Assembly: GCA_965263035.1 (NCBI GenBank)
Contig: OZ253580.1
Location: 3,840,001 to 3,904,000 of the forward strand
DNA length: 64,000 bases
Reading direction: 5' to 3'
DNA from: Acidobacteriota bacterium
GTDB taxonomy: Bacteria; Acidobacteriota; UBA6911; RPQK01; JAJDTT01
Below are positions 19,612 to 28,888 of the stretch, in pieces; the first letter of the stretch is position 1, and each line of letters begins with the position of its first letter. Under the pieces are notes generated by a model that saw only the letters and a list, made by a program, of their open reading frames with translations, searched no databases and had not been told where the DNA came from. The translations under genes and the position numbers were made by a program.

Positions 19612-21036
19612 TTGATTCATTTTCCCATCCTGCGCTGGGGCAAGCCCTACAAGAGCCTGGAGGTGGACCAGGTGGTCCACTTCATCACCGGGGAGCCGCT
19701 GGCGGAAGTCAGCCAGTCCATCGGCGGGATGATCGCCCGGGACATGCGAAAAGCACACCGGGCCCGGGACGTGCTTCGGGAGATCCCGATCCAGGAACTG
19801 ATCGGCAGGGCCTCTCAGGCAGCCGATCTGTTCATGTCGGCCGAGCTCCCGGCCGGTGATGGAAGCCAGACGCCCGACGATTTCGTGCGGTACCAGTCGG
19901 CGACCACCGGCTTGCCCGAGCACATGTGCCGGCAGAACATGGAGAAGCTTCACCATGTCCTGACCTCGATGGAGCAGATCCTGGACGCTCTGACGCGGGG
20001 ACTCGATCTCTCCATATTGACTGCGGGTTATGGAGAGGAAAATGGTGTCGTCCGGAGCTTTCAGGCCACGACCCCGGTGCTGGGCATGGTGCTCCCTTCT
20101 AACTCGCCCGGAGTTCACGGCCTTTGGCTCCCAGTCATCCCCCTCCAGATCGGTTTGGTTCTCAAGCCGGGGCCCCAGGAGCCGTGGACCCCATACCGGA
20201 TGAGCGAGGCCTTCTTCCAGGCGGGCATCCCCCGAAACGCCATCTCCCTCTATCCGGGATTGGGGGACGTGGGTGCGGCCGTCCTCCAGCACTGTTCGCG
20301 GAACCTCATCTTCGGGGGTACACCGACCATCGAGCAGTACGGAAACAACCCAAGGGTCCAGGTGCACGGACCCGGCTTCAGCAAGGTCCTGCTGGGAGAC
20401 GACCAGGTCGACGATTGGGAGACCCATCTCGATCTCATGGTGGACAGCGTCCTGACCAACAGCGGGCGCAGCTGCATCAGCTGTTCCGGCATCTGGGTCT
20501 CGCGCCACGGGCGGGAGATCGCCGACGCTCTGGCCCGGCGTCTGGGACCCATTGCTCCCAAGGATCCCGAGGATCCGGAGGCCCAGTTGGCCGCCTTTAC
20601 GGTTCAAGGCCAGGGAGACGCCATCGAAGCGGGTATCGAGCAGGGGCTTGGCGAGCCCGGGGTCGAGGACGTCACGGCCCGCTACCGCGACGGGCAGCGC
20701 CTGATTTCCCGCGAGCGCTGCTCCTACCTGCGGCCCACGGTGATCTATTCCCGGTCTCCGGAGGCCACCCTGGCCAATACCGAGTACATGTTCCCCTTCG
20801 CCAGTGTGGTGGAATGCCCGCAGGCGGAGATGCTGGACCGCATCGGCGACAGCCTGGTGGTGACGGGCATCACGGAAGATTCCGCATTCCGGCAGAAGCT
20901 CATGGACTGTCCCCACATCGACCGCCTGAACCTGGGCCCCATCCCTACCATCCGCCTCAACTGGCTCCAACCCCATGAGGGAAATCTGGTGGACTTCCTC
21001 TACCGGGCCCGAGCTTTCCAGACCACGGTCGGGTGA
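19612..21036 (+). CDS. Aldehyde-dehydrogenase-fold protein, EhpG/GriD/LuxC-like reductase
   Basis: LPSNSPGVH, KPG, catalytic Cys in NSGRSCISCS; HGPG replaces ELGG; EYMFP. Confidence 0.8.
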   Translation: MIHFPILRWGKPYKSLEVDQVVHFITGEPLAEVSQSIGGMIARDMRKAHRARDVLREIPIQELIGRASQAADLFMSAELPAGDGSQTPDDFVRYQSATTGLPEHMCRQNMEKLHHVLTSMEQILDALTRGLDLSILTAGYGEENGVVRSFQATTPVLGMVLPSNSPGVHGLWLPVIPLQIGLVLKPGPQEPWTPYRMSEAFFQAGIPRNAISLYPGLGDVGAAVLQHCSRNLIFGGTPTIEQYGNNPRVQVHGPGFSKVLLGDDQVDDWETHLDLMVDSVLTNSGRSCISCSGIWVSRHGREIADALARRLGPIAPKDPEDPEAQLAAFTVQGQGDAIEAGIEQGLGEPGVEDVTARYRDGQRLISRERCSYLRPTVIYSRSPEATLANTEYMFPFASVVECPQAEMLDRIGDSLVVTGITEDSAFRQKLMDCPHIDRLNLGPIPTIRLNWLQPHEGNLVDFLYRARAFQTTVG

Positions 21037-21076
21037 CGGGCGGTCGCACGTTTGGCCGGTAAGCCTGCCTGGACGC

Positions 21077-21826
21077 CTACGACTCAGCCTGGGATTCTCG
21101 CGCCGATCCGGCAGCCGATCCTCTTGAAGTCCACCAATTGGTCACCAGGAAAGGAGAGAAGACGACGAAGAACATGGCTAGCGCCACCAGGCCGATGATA
21201 GGGATGTACCAGGGCCATCCGGCGAAGAAGAAGGGCGATTCGGTACCGGCAGGTGGCCGGCAGAGATACATGTAGTTGGACCCCAACAGGGAGTTGAGGA
21301 CGCCGAGCATCAGGGCGAGGAGGTTGAGGCAGGCGAACGCTCGGAAGAGCCCCGCCAAAGTCGGCCGCATCTTCAAGCCCAGGGTGGCGTACAGGACTCC
21401 CGCCACGATGCCGGAATGGGCGATAAAGTACTGAAAAAAGCGGTAGTCGGGGAATCCCGCTTCCAAGTCTCCGGGAGTGATAATGGCGTTAGTGGAACCC
21501 ACCAGTCCCCAGAAATAGACGATCTCGTAAATCCTCCGGCGGCGGAAGATCAGGGCTGCGGCCGTCAACAGGATCGTGATTCCGCAGACGTGAAAGGGCA
21601 GATGGTCCTGCACGAAGCGGCTCCAGCCGACGGCGTTGAGCCGGTAGCCCCAGTGGATCGATTCGTTGACCAGCAGGGCGCCGGCCAGAAGATAGGCGCC
21701 GGCGTCGGCCACCGTCTTCGAGGCCGTCATCCGTGCCGCCGCCGCCAGGAGTAACGGGACGGCCAGAGTCAGCGCCATCACGACGAGGTGATACGACCCA
21801 AAGATCTGGAATTCGGGTGGTGGCAT
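21077..21826 (-). CDS. YwaF / TIGR02206 family membrane protein
   Basis: LPFHVC, YFIAH, NYMYL, WPWY motifs; polytopic. Confidence 0.85.
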   Translation of the reverse strand: MPPPEFQIFGSYHLVVMALTLAVPLLLAAAARMTASKTVADAGAYLLAGALLVNESIHWGYRLNAVGWSRFVQDHLPFHVCGITILLTAAALIFRRRRIYEIVYFWGLVGSTNAIITPGDLEAGFPDYRFFQYFIAHSGIVAGVLYATLGLKMRPTLAGLFRAFACLNLLALMLGVLNSLLGSNYMYLCRPPAGTESPFFFAGWPWYIPIIGLVALAMFFVVFSPFLVTNWWTSRGSAAGSARESQAES

Positions 21827-21862
21827 TTGCTCCCAGTATCGGCTCCGCGGGCCGCGCCGGGA

Positions 21863-22969
21863 TCAGGGCCGTGGACGCCCGCAGACCTGCGGCGCCACGT
21901 AATTCAGGCCCAACAGCCGAAAGTAGTTCTGACCCAGGGCAATGTTCCGAAAGGCGTCGTCGTTCAGGTAACGGTTGATCCGGCTGGTGATCTGCAACTC
22001 CGTCCGATACACGTCGAAGTCCTTTTCCGCCGAAGCCAGAAAGTCGGTTCCGGGGAGCACCCGCTCCGAATTCCGGTTCAAGAAGGAAACATAGGCCGCC
22101 CGCTTCTCGGGTTTGGAGAAGTAGTGGTCGTCGGCCACGCGCCAGGAGATGTCCACCATCAAGTCGGGGTAGCGGTCCAACAGCGTCTCCATGATCCGGA
22201 TGTGCTGTCCGGTGTCCATGTTCGCCAGTTCCTTGGACAACCCCATGTGCAACCAGACGATCTTGTTGTCGGGATAGAGGCGCAGCACTTCCTCGATCAG
22301 TGGCAGGTATCGAGTAGGTTCCCGGTCGTTGCCCAGGTCCGCATGGATCGCCAGCGGGATGTTTCGTTCCCGCAGCACCGTCATGAAGGCGGCCCACTCC
22401 GGGATCTTGGCCGGCGGAACCGGTTGATGATCGTTATTGAACAGCGCCTGTTTTACCAGATTGACTTCGCCCATCCAGGTGAAAGTACCGGGATACTCCT
22501 TCTCCAGGAACTGCATACCGGGAAGGATCGATTCGGGCCGGGAAAGGTCTGGAAAGGTCATGGAGAGCGTCATGTGTACGCTGTCCGGCGCCTGCTTGAC
22601 GTAGTCGGCGGCATTGGCAAAGTCGTTCGTCAACGTGGGGCGGACCGGCGTACCCGGACAATCCAGGTAATAGGTGCATGAAGAACCCACTGGAACCCTC
22701 TGGCCGATGCCGGAGACGTTGACGAAGAGGACTCCCGTCCGTTCAAGGTAGGAGACCACGTCGCGGAACGGGATCGCCGGGCCACCAAAGGGACGGAAAT
22801 GCAGGTGGGAATCCACGACCGACGTCTGGGATTGCAGCGTGCGGTCGTAGCACGGAGTGCCGCCGGTCCGAAACATCCCCAACGTCGGCCTGGGAGCCTC
22901 ACCGGCGATTCCCGAGGCACCCGACAAGAGAACCAGGGCAAGGCATGTCCTCCGAGCTATGTCTTTCAT
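21863..22969 (-). CDS. Exported amidohydrolase-family (TIM barrel) protein
   Basis: Signal peptide; VDSHLH, IHAD, WLHMG, DISW, PGTDF metal-ligand motifs. Confidence 0.85.
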   Translation of the reverse strand: MKDIARRTCLALVLLSGASGIAGEAPRPTLGMFRTGGTPCYDRTLQSQTSVVDSHLHFRPFGGPAIPFRDVVSYLERTGVLFVNVSGIGQRVPVGSSCTYYLDCPGTPVRPTLTNDFANAADYVKQAPDSVHMTLSMTFPDLSRPESILPGMQFLEKEYPGTFTWMGEVNLVKQALFNNDHQPVPPAKIPEWAAFMTVLRERNIPLAIHADLGNDREPTRYLPLIEEVLRLYPDNKIVWLHMGLSKELANMDTGQHIRIMETLLDRYPDLMVDISWRVADDHYFSKPEKRAAYVSFLNRNSERVLPGTDFLASAEKDFDVYRTELQITSRINRYLNDDAFRNIALGQNYFRLLGLNYVAPQVCGRPRP

Positions 22970-23195
22970 GTAGAGGTCTCGGGCGGCTGATTTCGGCGCC
23001 GATTCCAGCAGGATCAACCAGGTTTGGGAACCCTTGGATCCGCTGTCGGCCAAGGCCGGTCGGCCAAAGCGCAGATGAGATATTTAGAGGGAACAAAATG
23101 AAAGTTCTAGTTTCAATTTGTCCACATTTCGAACCGGTTGGACGCCTTGATCCAGCGCGTCCCGGCACTCCCACGAAGTGTGTCCAGGAGTCACG

Positions 23196-23567
23196 TCATG
23201 CCATCTTTAGGCCGGAATTCTCAAACCGGCAGAAGTCCGACGTGTTCGTGGTCGCGATGGGGGCACCGTCGGTGAGCGCCACGGCCGCGATCATGCAGTC
23301 GATCAATGACCCACGACGCCTTCCCGAATCGTTGAATATCTGGGCGGCGACCGCAGCATGGTCCGATGTGAAGTCACGGCGTGGTTCTATGATCGCGTCA
23401 GCCAATTCGACCTCGCGTCGGGAGAGTGGACCGCACAGGAACTCTCCCCAGGCGACTGTGCTCATCGTCAGTGATTCGCCCTTCCCAATCCAGTCCCGCA
23501 ACTTACGGTCTTCGGGAGTCCCCACCTTCAGTGCTCGAATCAGAAAGCTGGTGTCCAAATGGATCAT
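23196..23567 (-). CDS. vapC: VapC-type PIN domain toxin
   Basis: IHLDTSFLI, E in WGEF, DCMIAA, TTNTSDF; start overlaps the antitoxin stop (TGATG). Confidence 0.9.
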   Translation of the reverse strand: MIHLDTSFLIRALKVGTPEDRKLRDWIGKGESLTMSTVAWGEFLCGPLSRREVELADAIIEPRRDFTSDHAAVAAQIFNDSGRRRGSLIDCMIAAVALTDGAPIATTNTSDFCRFENSGLKMA

Positions 23568-23848
23568 CAGAGCCTCGAAGAGAGCCGTCGAGCAGCCGCG
23601 CGCCGCTCGGCCTTCAGGTCCCGCTCCCACCGACCGACATCGACCTTGCGCTCGTGCACGGAGACCTGCAATCGGTCGAGAGCGCCGAGGGCCGCATCGT
23701 TTACCGATTTTCCTTCCGTTGCCGCAATCCGAATGGCGCGCCGCAACACTTCAGTCTTCGATACTCTCCAGCGTTTCGCCAGTGTCTCCAGCATGCGCAC
23801 GGATTCGACGTCCAGCGAGTACGTCGATTTGATGAGTGGTATGGCCAT
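23567..23848 (-). CDS. vapB: Ribbon-helix-helix (CopG-like) antitoxin
   Basis: STYSLD..LETLAKRWRVSKTEVLRRAI; translationally coupled to the PIN gene. Confidence 0.85.
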   Translation of the reverse strand: MAIPLIKSTYSLDVESVRMLETLAKRWRVSKTEVLRRAIRIAATEGKSVNDAALGALDRLQVSVHERKVDVGRWERDLKAERRAAARRLSSRL

Positions 23849-23883
23849 ATCATTATAGTATGGCCATACTAAAGCCGAGTCAA
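23839..23883 (-). promoter_or_regulatory. vapBC promoter with two palindromic operators; probably leaderless
   Basis: Minus strand TTGACT-17 nt-TACTAT, ATG 6 nt later; TATGGCCATA palindromes at 23840-23849 and within the perfect 16-bp TAGTATGGCCATACTA at 23856-23871. Confidence 0.75.
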
Positions 23884-24066
23884 TCTCTCGACGGGTAGGT
23901 GGGTCTGAGCTTTGGGGCAAAGCGGGCGAAGCTCTTCGGATTTGACCCCGCATAGAAGTGATCAGGGGACGAGAATACTTGTCTCTTGTGAGATTCGCTT
24001 GCAACGTTGTTCCGCCCTGATCATCCCTCGCCGTCACTCACGCCGCTTGGCGGGATGAGAGGGCCG

Positions 24067-25203
24067 CTACAGCTTCTCGACGAGACGAGCCAGCAAGGCC
24101 GCGCGGACGGGCAGGGCCTCCAGCTCGATGTGCTCGTGCAGGGCGTGGGCCCCGTCTCCGTCCACCCCCAGACCGTCCAGGGTGGGGAGCCCCAGGGCGG
24201 CGCTGTAGCTGCCGTCGCTGCCCCCGCCGGTCTCCCCCTCTTCCAGGTCGAGACCCAAATCGGCGCCGATCTGGCGCGCCCGGTCGAAGAGCCGCTGTCC
24301 GCCGTCCCCCTTGATCATGGGAGGCCGGTTGATCCCTCCCGTGACCTCCAGCCGGATCTCCGGGTGCCTCGGCTCCAGGGCGTGCAGCGCATCCTCGACC
24401 CGGTGACCCTCCTCCACGGTCCGGAACCGAAAATCGATGGTGGCTTTGGCGAACTCGGGAATCACGTTGTCCCGGGTGCCGCCCTCCGCCATGGTCACAT
24501 GGACCGAGGTCTCCAGACGGCCGGAGGCGAGTCCGTGAATCGCCTCGATCTGGTGACCCAACTCCCGGACGGCGTTCACTCCCTTCTCCGGCTCCACTCC
24601 GGCGTGGGCGGAGCGGCCATGGATCCTCAAAGCCGCCATCCCGGCCCCCTTTCGAAACGTCTTCAGAACGCCTCCGGGCAGGGGAGGCTCGGTCACCAGC
24701 ACCAGGTCGCTCTCGCGGCTGAATTCCTCGATCAGCTCCCGGCTGGCGTCGCTGCCCGTCTCTTCGTCGGTGGTGTAGAGGAACCGCACCTTCCGGCGGG
24801 GCCGGATCCATCCTCTTGCAATGAATTCCTGGATCTTCAGGGTGACCGCCACTCCGGCCTTCATGTCGAAGATCCCCGGTCCATGAATCCTCCCCTCCTG
24901 GATCCGGAAGGGCATTCGCTCCAGGCTCCCCTGAGGCCAGACCGTGTCCAGATGGCAGAGCACCAGGATCCGGCCTCCACCGCCCTCTTCCCACTCGCTC
25001 CAGACGATGTCGCCCACGTTCTCCCGGGGAACGATCCGCGGCGCCAGGCCGCAGCTCCCTACAGTGTCGGCCAGAAAGGATCCCAGCTCGTCCACCATCT
25101 CCTTGTCGGTGGAGGGGCTCTCCAGCTCCACCAGCTTCCGGAGCAGCTCCACCGTGGAGTCCCGCTCCTCTTCGAAGGCTCTCAGCAGTTCATTCCCCGT
25201 CAT
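24067..25203 (-). CDS. M20 family metallopeptidase (glutamate carboxypeptidase-like)
   Basis: HLDTVW, GPGIFDMKAG, DEE, HAG, GGSDG, GAHA. Confidence 0.92.
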   Translation of the reverse strand: MTGNELLRAFEEERDSTVELLRKLVELESPSTDKEMVDELGSFLADTVGSCGLAPRIVPRENVGDIVWSEWEEGGGGRILVLCHLDTVWPQGSLERMPFRIQEGRIHGPGIFDMKAGVAVTLKIQEFIARGWIRPRRKVRFLYTTDEETGSDASRELIEEFSRESDLVLVTEPPLPGGVLKTFRKGAGMAALRIHGRSAHAGVEPEKGVNAVRELGHQIEAIHGLASGRLETSVHVTMAEGGTRDNVIPEFAKATIDFRFRTVEEGHRVEDALHALEPRHPEIRLEVTGGINRPPMIKGDGGQRLFDRARQIGADLGLDLEEGETGGGSDGSYSAALGLPTLDGLGVDGDGAHALHEHIELEALPVRAALLARLVEKL

Positions 25204-26050
25204 GTTCCCTCCAGTGGTAGCGGATGTCTCCGACGAATTCGACCCGTCCCGTCAAACGAACTTCGCCTCCCGGTTGCCACTCCACCTCCTGCTCTCCGGT
25301 TGTGGTTACGACCCGGGCCGGAGATCCGACCCTTCCGGTGTGGATGGCGGCCACCGCGGCTCCGCTGCAACCCGTTCCGGAGGAATGGGTCGGTCCGACG
25401 CCCCTCTCCCAGATCCGCACCTGGAGGCGCCGGCCACCCGTGACCTGGACGAAGCTCACGTTGGTCCGCTCGGGAAAGGCGGGATGCACCTCGAGAGCCG
25501 ACCCCAGGCGCCGGAATTCGGCGTCCCGCGGCAGTGAGGAGACGAACACGACGCACTGCGGATTGCCCACCGAAAGGGCGGAAATGGCCACTTGGCGGGG
25601 TCCCACCTGCAGCGGGTAGTCCACGACCTGGGCCAACCCCTTGTCCTGTCGAATCGGAATCTCCTCCGGAATGAAAGAAGGCCGTCCCAGCGAGGACCGG
25701 TAGCGCCAGGAAGATTCGTCGCTGTCCAGGAGGTCATGGATCTTGACCCCGGACAGAGTCTCAAGAGTCAGATTCGGGTTCAGGGTCCAGCCCTGGTGAT
25801 GGACGAAGGCGCCGGCGCACCGGCATCCGTTTCCCGACATGGCGGCCTCGCTGCCGTCGGGATTGAAGATCCGGATTCGGAAGCGGTTCTTCCCTCCCGG
25901 TTCGACGAAGACGCACCCGTCACCCCCGATCCCGAAGTGACGCCGGCAAATGGCCCGAGTCAGCGCGGCCGCGCTCCGGCGGGTCAGATCGCTTTCCCGG
26001 ATCACCAGGTAGTCGTTGCCGTAGGAATGGTACTTGGAGGCCGCGATCAT
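25190..26050 (-). CDS. dapF: Diaminopimelate epimerase
   Basis: KYHSYGNDY, GIGGDG, NPDGSEAAMSGNG, VGNPQ, FPERTNV, WERGVG; both catalytic Cys positions read Ser. Confidence 0.88.
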   Translation of the reverse strand: MIAASKYHSYGNDYLVIRESDLTRRSAAALTRAICRRHFGIGGDGCVFVEPGGKNRFRIRIFNPDGSEAAMSGNGCRCAGAFVHHQGWTLNPNLTLETLSGVKIHDLLDSDESSWRYRSSLGRPSFIPEEIPIRQDKGLAQVVDYPLQVGPRQVAISALSVGNPQCVVFVSSLPRDAEFRRLGSALEVHPAFPERTNVSFVQVTGGRRLQVRIWERGVGPTHSSGTGCSGAAVAAIHTGRVGSPARVVTTTGEQEVEWQPGGEVRLTGRVEFVGDIRYHWREHDGE

Positions 26051-26066
26051 GGAGGCGCTCGACGCC

Positions 26067-27431
26067 TCAGCTCGCGTGGATCCCACTGCTGAGTTCCTCC
26101 AACTTTCCCTGGACCAGATTCTGGATCTCCTCCAGCCTTTCGGACGAGTCCGCCTCGAAACGGAACACCAGAACGGGCTGGGTATTGGACGCCCGCACCA
26201 GTCCCCAGCCATCCGGAAAGACGATTCGCACGCCGTCCACATCCACCGTCTCGTAGTTTCGGGAAAAGTAGGACTGAGCCAGGCCGACGATTCGGAACTT
26301 GAGGTTCTCGGGGCAGTCCATGCGGATCTCGGGCGTGCTGAAAGTCGGAGGGACGTCTTCCAGCAGTTGCGAAAGCCGGCGCCCGCTGGTGGCGAGGATC
26401 TCCAAGAGCCGGGCTCCCGCGTAGATGGCGTCGTCGTAGCCGAAGTAGCGGTCGGCGAAGAACATGTGTCCGCTCATCTCTCCGCCCAGAACGGCCCCTT
26501 CCTCCTTCATCTTGGCCTTGATGAGGGAATGGCCGGCCTTCCACATGACGGCCCGTCCGCCGCGAGCTTCGATGTCCTGGTACAGGCTCTTGGAGCACTT
26601 CACCTCGGCCACGAACGTGGTGCCGGGCCGCCGCTCCAGGATCTCCCGGGCGTAGATCATCATCAGCTGATCTCCCCAGAGGATCCCTCCCTCGTCATCC
26701 ACGACTCCGATCCGGTCCGTGTCGCCGTCGAAGGCGATCCCCAGATCGGCCTCACCCGAGTGGACGGCCCGCATCAGGTCGTGGAGGTTCTCCACAACGG
26801 TGGGGTCGGGATGGTGGTTGGGGAATCGGCCGTCCGGTTCCGAATAGAGTTCCCGGACCTCGCAACCCAGATCGGAATAGATGGTGGGCGCAACGAGACC
26901 GGCGGTCCCGTTGCCCGAGTCTACGACGACCTTCAATCTTTTCCCCAAACGTGGAATCCGCTCCTGGATGTGCCGGCGGTAATCCTCCATCAGGGACGCC
27001 GATTCCAGATTGCCTTCGCCGCGAGTGAAGTCGGCCGCTTCGACGATCTTCCGGACCTTCTGGATCTCGGCGCCGTAGATGGTGCCGGTCCCCAAGGCGA
27101 CCTTGAAGCCGTTGTACTCGGGCGGGTTGTGGCTCCCAGTGATCATCACTCCCGCCCCCGGCGTCAGACGGTGCAGGGAGTAGTAGAGCAGGGGCGTGGG
27201 ACAGACTCCGATGTCGATGACGGTCAGGCCGGTTCGCGTCAAACCCCGGGCCAGGGCGTTCCGGAGCCGGCTGGAGCTCAGCCGGACGTCTCGTCCCAGC
27301 GTGACCCGAGTGACGCCGTGCCGGACGAAGTAGGTGCCCAGGCCGCGGCCCAGCGTTTCCACCGAATCGTCCGCCAAATCGGTATCCGCGATTCCCCGAA
27401 TGTCGTATTCTCGAAATAGCTCTGGGTTCAT
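26067..27431 (-). CDS. Phosphomannomutase / phosphoglucomutase
   Basis: FREYDIRG, TGSHNP phosphoserine loop, FDGDTDR, GEMSGH, RASNTQP. Confidence 0.96.
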   Translation of the reverse strand: MNPELFREYDIRGIADTDLADDSVETLGRGLGTYFVRHGVTRVTLGRDVRLSSSRLRNALARGLTRTGLTVIDIGVCPTPLLYYSLHRLTPGAGVMITGSHNPPEYNGFKVALGTGTIYGAEIQKVRKIVEAADFTRGEGNLESASLMEDYRRHIQERIPRLGKRLKVVVDSGNGTAGLVAPTIYSDLGCEVRELYSEPDGRFPNHHPDPTVVENLHDLMRAVHSGEADLGIAFDGDTDRIGVVDDEGGILWGDQLMMIYAREILERRPGTTFVAEVKCSKSLYQDIEARGGRAVMWKAGHSLIKAKMKEEGAVLGGEMSGHMFFADRYFGYDDAIYAGARLLEILATSGRRLSQLLEDVPPTFSTPEIRMDCPENLKFRIVGLAQSYFSRNYETVDVDGVRIVFPDGWGLVRASNTQPVLVFRFEADSSERLEEIQNLVQGKLEELSSGIHAS

Positions 27432-27448
27432 CAAGTCTCCAGTACCTG

Positions 27449-27615
27449 CTAGGAGCCTGCGCCGCAGAAATTGATCTACTGCGAAAGCGGTAGAATCGGT
27501 CCATATTTCCTCGATTTCTCGGCGAATAGAACAACTATGCACCTCAAAATCGAGAAAACCTGGCCTCGATTCCCCACTTTCTCGCTACGATCATTTCTAC
27601 AGCGCAGACTCCTAA
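27449..27615. mobile_element. MITE family B, copy 1
   Basis: Imperfect TIRs GAGCCTGCGCCGCAGAAAT / ATTTCTACAGCGCAGACTC flanked by CTAG and CTAA; near-identical copy at 61464-61630. Confidence 0.88.
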
Positions 27616-28691
27616 CCGGTTTCCGGGGTTCCCGACAGTTCGGCCTTGAGCTCGTCGATGGCTGCCACCGGGCTGGGGTCCTCACCGTTGAGAAGTCCCA
27701 GGTACACGCTGGCGTAGTCGCCCAACAGAATCAGCATCAACAATCGGTCCAGCCAACTGTCTCCTTCGGCCCAATACTCCAGGGTGGTCCCGGACCGCCG
27801 GGAGAGGAACCTCCGGGTCCAATCCAATCGGAGCCGGATCCTGGGATGGTCCTCCGAGTCCCGCAGGAAAACCGGAAGTATACGGTCCAACAGATCGGCG
27901 GGATGTTTCCATCCCACAACCTCATTGTGATTCATTTCGGGGAGGGCCCTCCAGCAGGAGAGCTGCTTACCATTTTCCGCGAACTGACCGCACCAGCGGC
28001 GGGCCGCGAGTTCCAACCGGTCCTGGCTCCCGTAGACGAAGGGGATTCGACCGTGAAGAACTTGAGCCGCCTGCTTGGCCGGGTTGGTGGAGGTCGCCTG
28101 ATCGGGGCCGTAGGCCCGGATCCTGTCCCGGACCCAATCCAGACATTGCGCAAGTTCCCGGTCGCGACTTGGAATCAGAGACAGGCGGCTCAGGATCGCC
28201 AGACAGGGAAACGAAAGAAAGCCCAGGGCCGATCGGGGAGGCTGGCCGCCGGGAATCCGGGCCCACGTGTGTCCATGCTCCCGGGCCAGGCGAGCCAGGG
28301 CGCCGCCCGAGGAGATACAGACGATGAGGGCTCCCGCGGCATGAGCGGCCTGGAAGGCCGACACCGTCTCCTCCGTATTTCCCGAGTAGCTGCACAGCAG
28401 CGACAGCGTCCCGGGACCCACGAACCCCGGCGCGCCGTAGTTGCGGTTCACCCACAGCGGAACCTTCAGCTCCCGGCCCAGATACATCTGCAGGAAGTCG
28501 CCGGAGGCCGCCGAACCTCCCATACCGCTGACCGTCACCGATCGGACACCGGCGGGAAGGGCGGGCAGATCGATCTGGTTCCCGATCTTCAGAGCCTGCT
28601 CCAGCTGGCGGTCGAACCGGCCCAGATAGCCGAGCATGTCCTGGGAGTCGCGGCGCCGGATCTCGCGCGGGTCGTCTAGGATCTGGTTCAT
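27612..28691 (-). CDS. Bifunctional phosphoglucose / phosphomannose isomerase (double SIS)
   Basis: GMGGS, SYSGNTEET, PRSA, ENGK, PEMNHNE, P..AIDELK. Confidence 0.92.
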   Translation of the reverse strand: MNQILDDPREIRRRDSQDMLGYLGRFDRQLEQALKIGNQIDLPALPAGVRSVTVSGMGGSAASGDFLQMYLGRELKVPLWVNRNYGAPGFVGPGTLSLLCSYSGNTEETVSAFQAAHAAGALIVCISSGGALARLAREHGHTWARIPGGQPPRSALGFLSFPCLAILSRLSLIPSRDRELAQCLDWVRDRIRAYGPDQATSTNPAKQAAQVLHGRIPFVYGSQDRLELAARRWCGQFAENGKQLSCWRALPEMNHNEVVGWKHPADLLDRILPVFLRDSEDHPRIRLRLDWTRRFLSRRSGTTLEYWAEGDSWLDRLLMLILLGDYASVYLGLLNGEDPSPVAAIDELKAELSGTPETG

Positions 28692-28730
28692 TCCGGCCGG
28701 TCTCCCTGCGTAAGAGGCACCCGGTCTCTA

Positions 28731-28888
28731 CAGTCCGTGGTGAAAGTCCCGTGAGCACCGAGACCGGTCCTGCGCCCGCCGGACCAGGCGCGATGAGGGT
28801 GCATACCGGGAGTATGTGACCGGGTCGCAACGCAGTCCGCCGGGATGCAGGGACGGTCGAATGCCGCGAGGACTTTTACCACGGGCTG
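28731..28888. mobile_element. MITE family C, copy 1
   Basis: TIRs CAGTCCGTGGTGAAAGTC / GACTTTTACCACGGGCTG; internal hairpin CATAC-CGGGA-GTATG; second copy at 48152-48308. Confidence 0.88.

Noticed and set aside
27471-28882. Repeated short peptides MIYCESGRIGP (27471, 61486) and VxAAFDRPCIPADCV (28688, 48141)
   Set aside because: Translations of MITE B and MITE C copies, not genes
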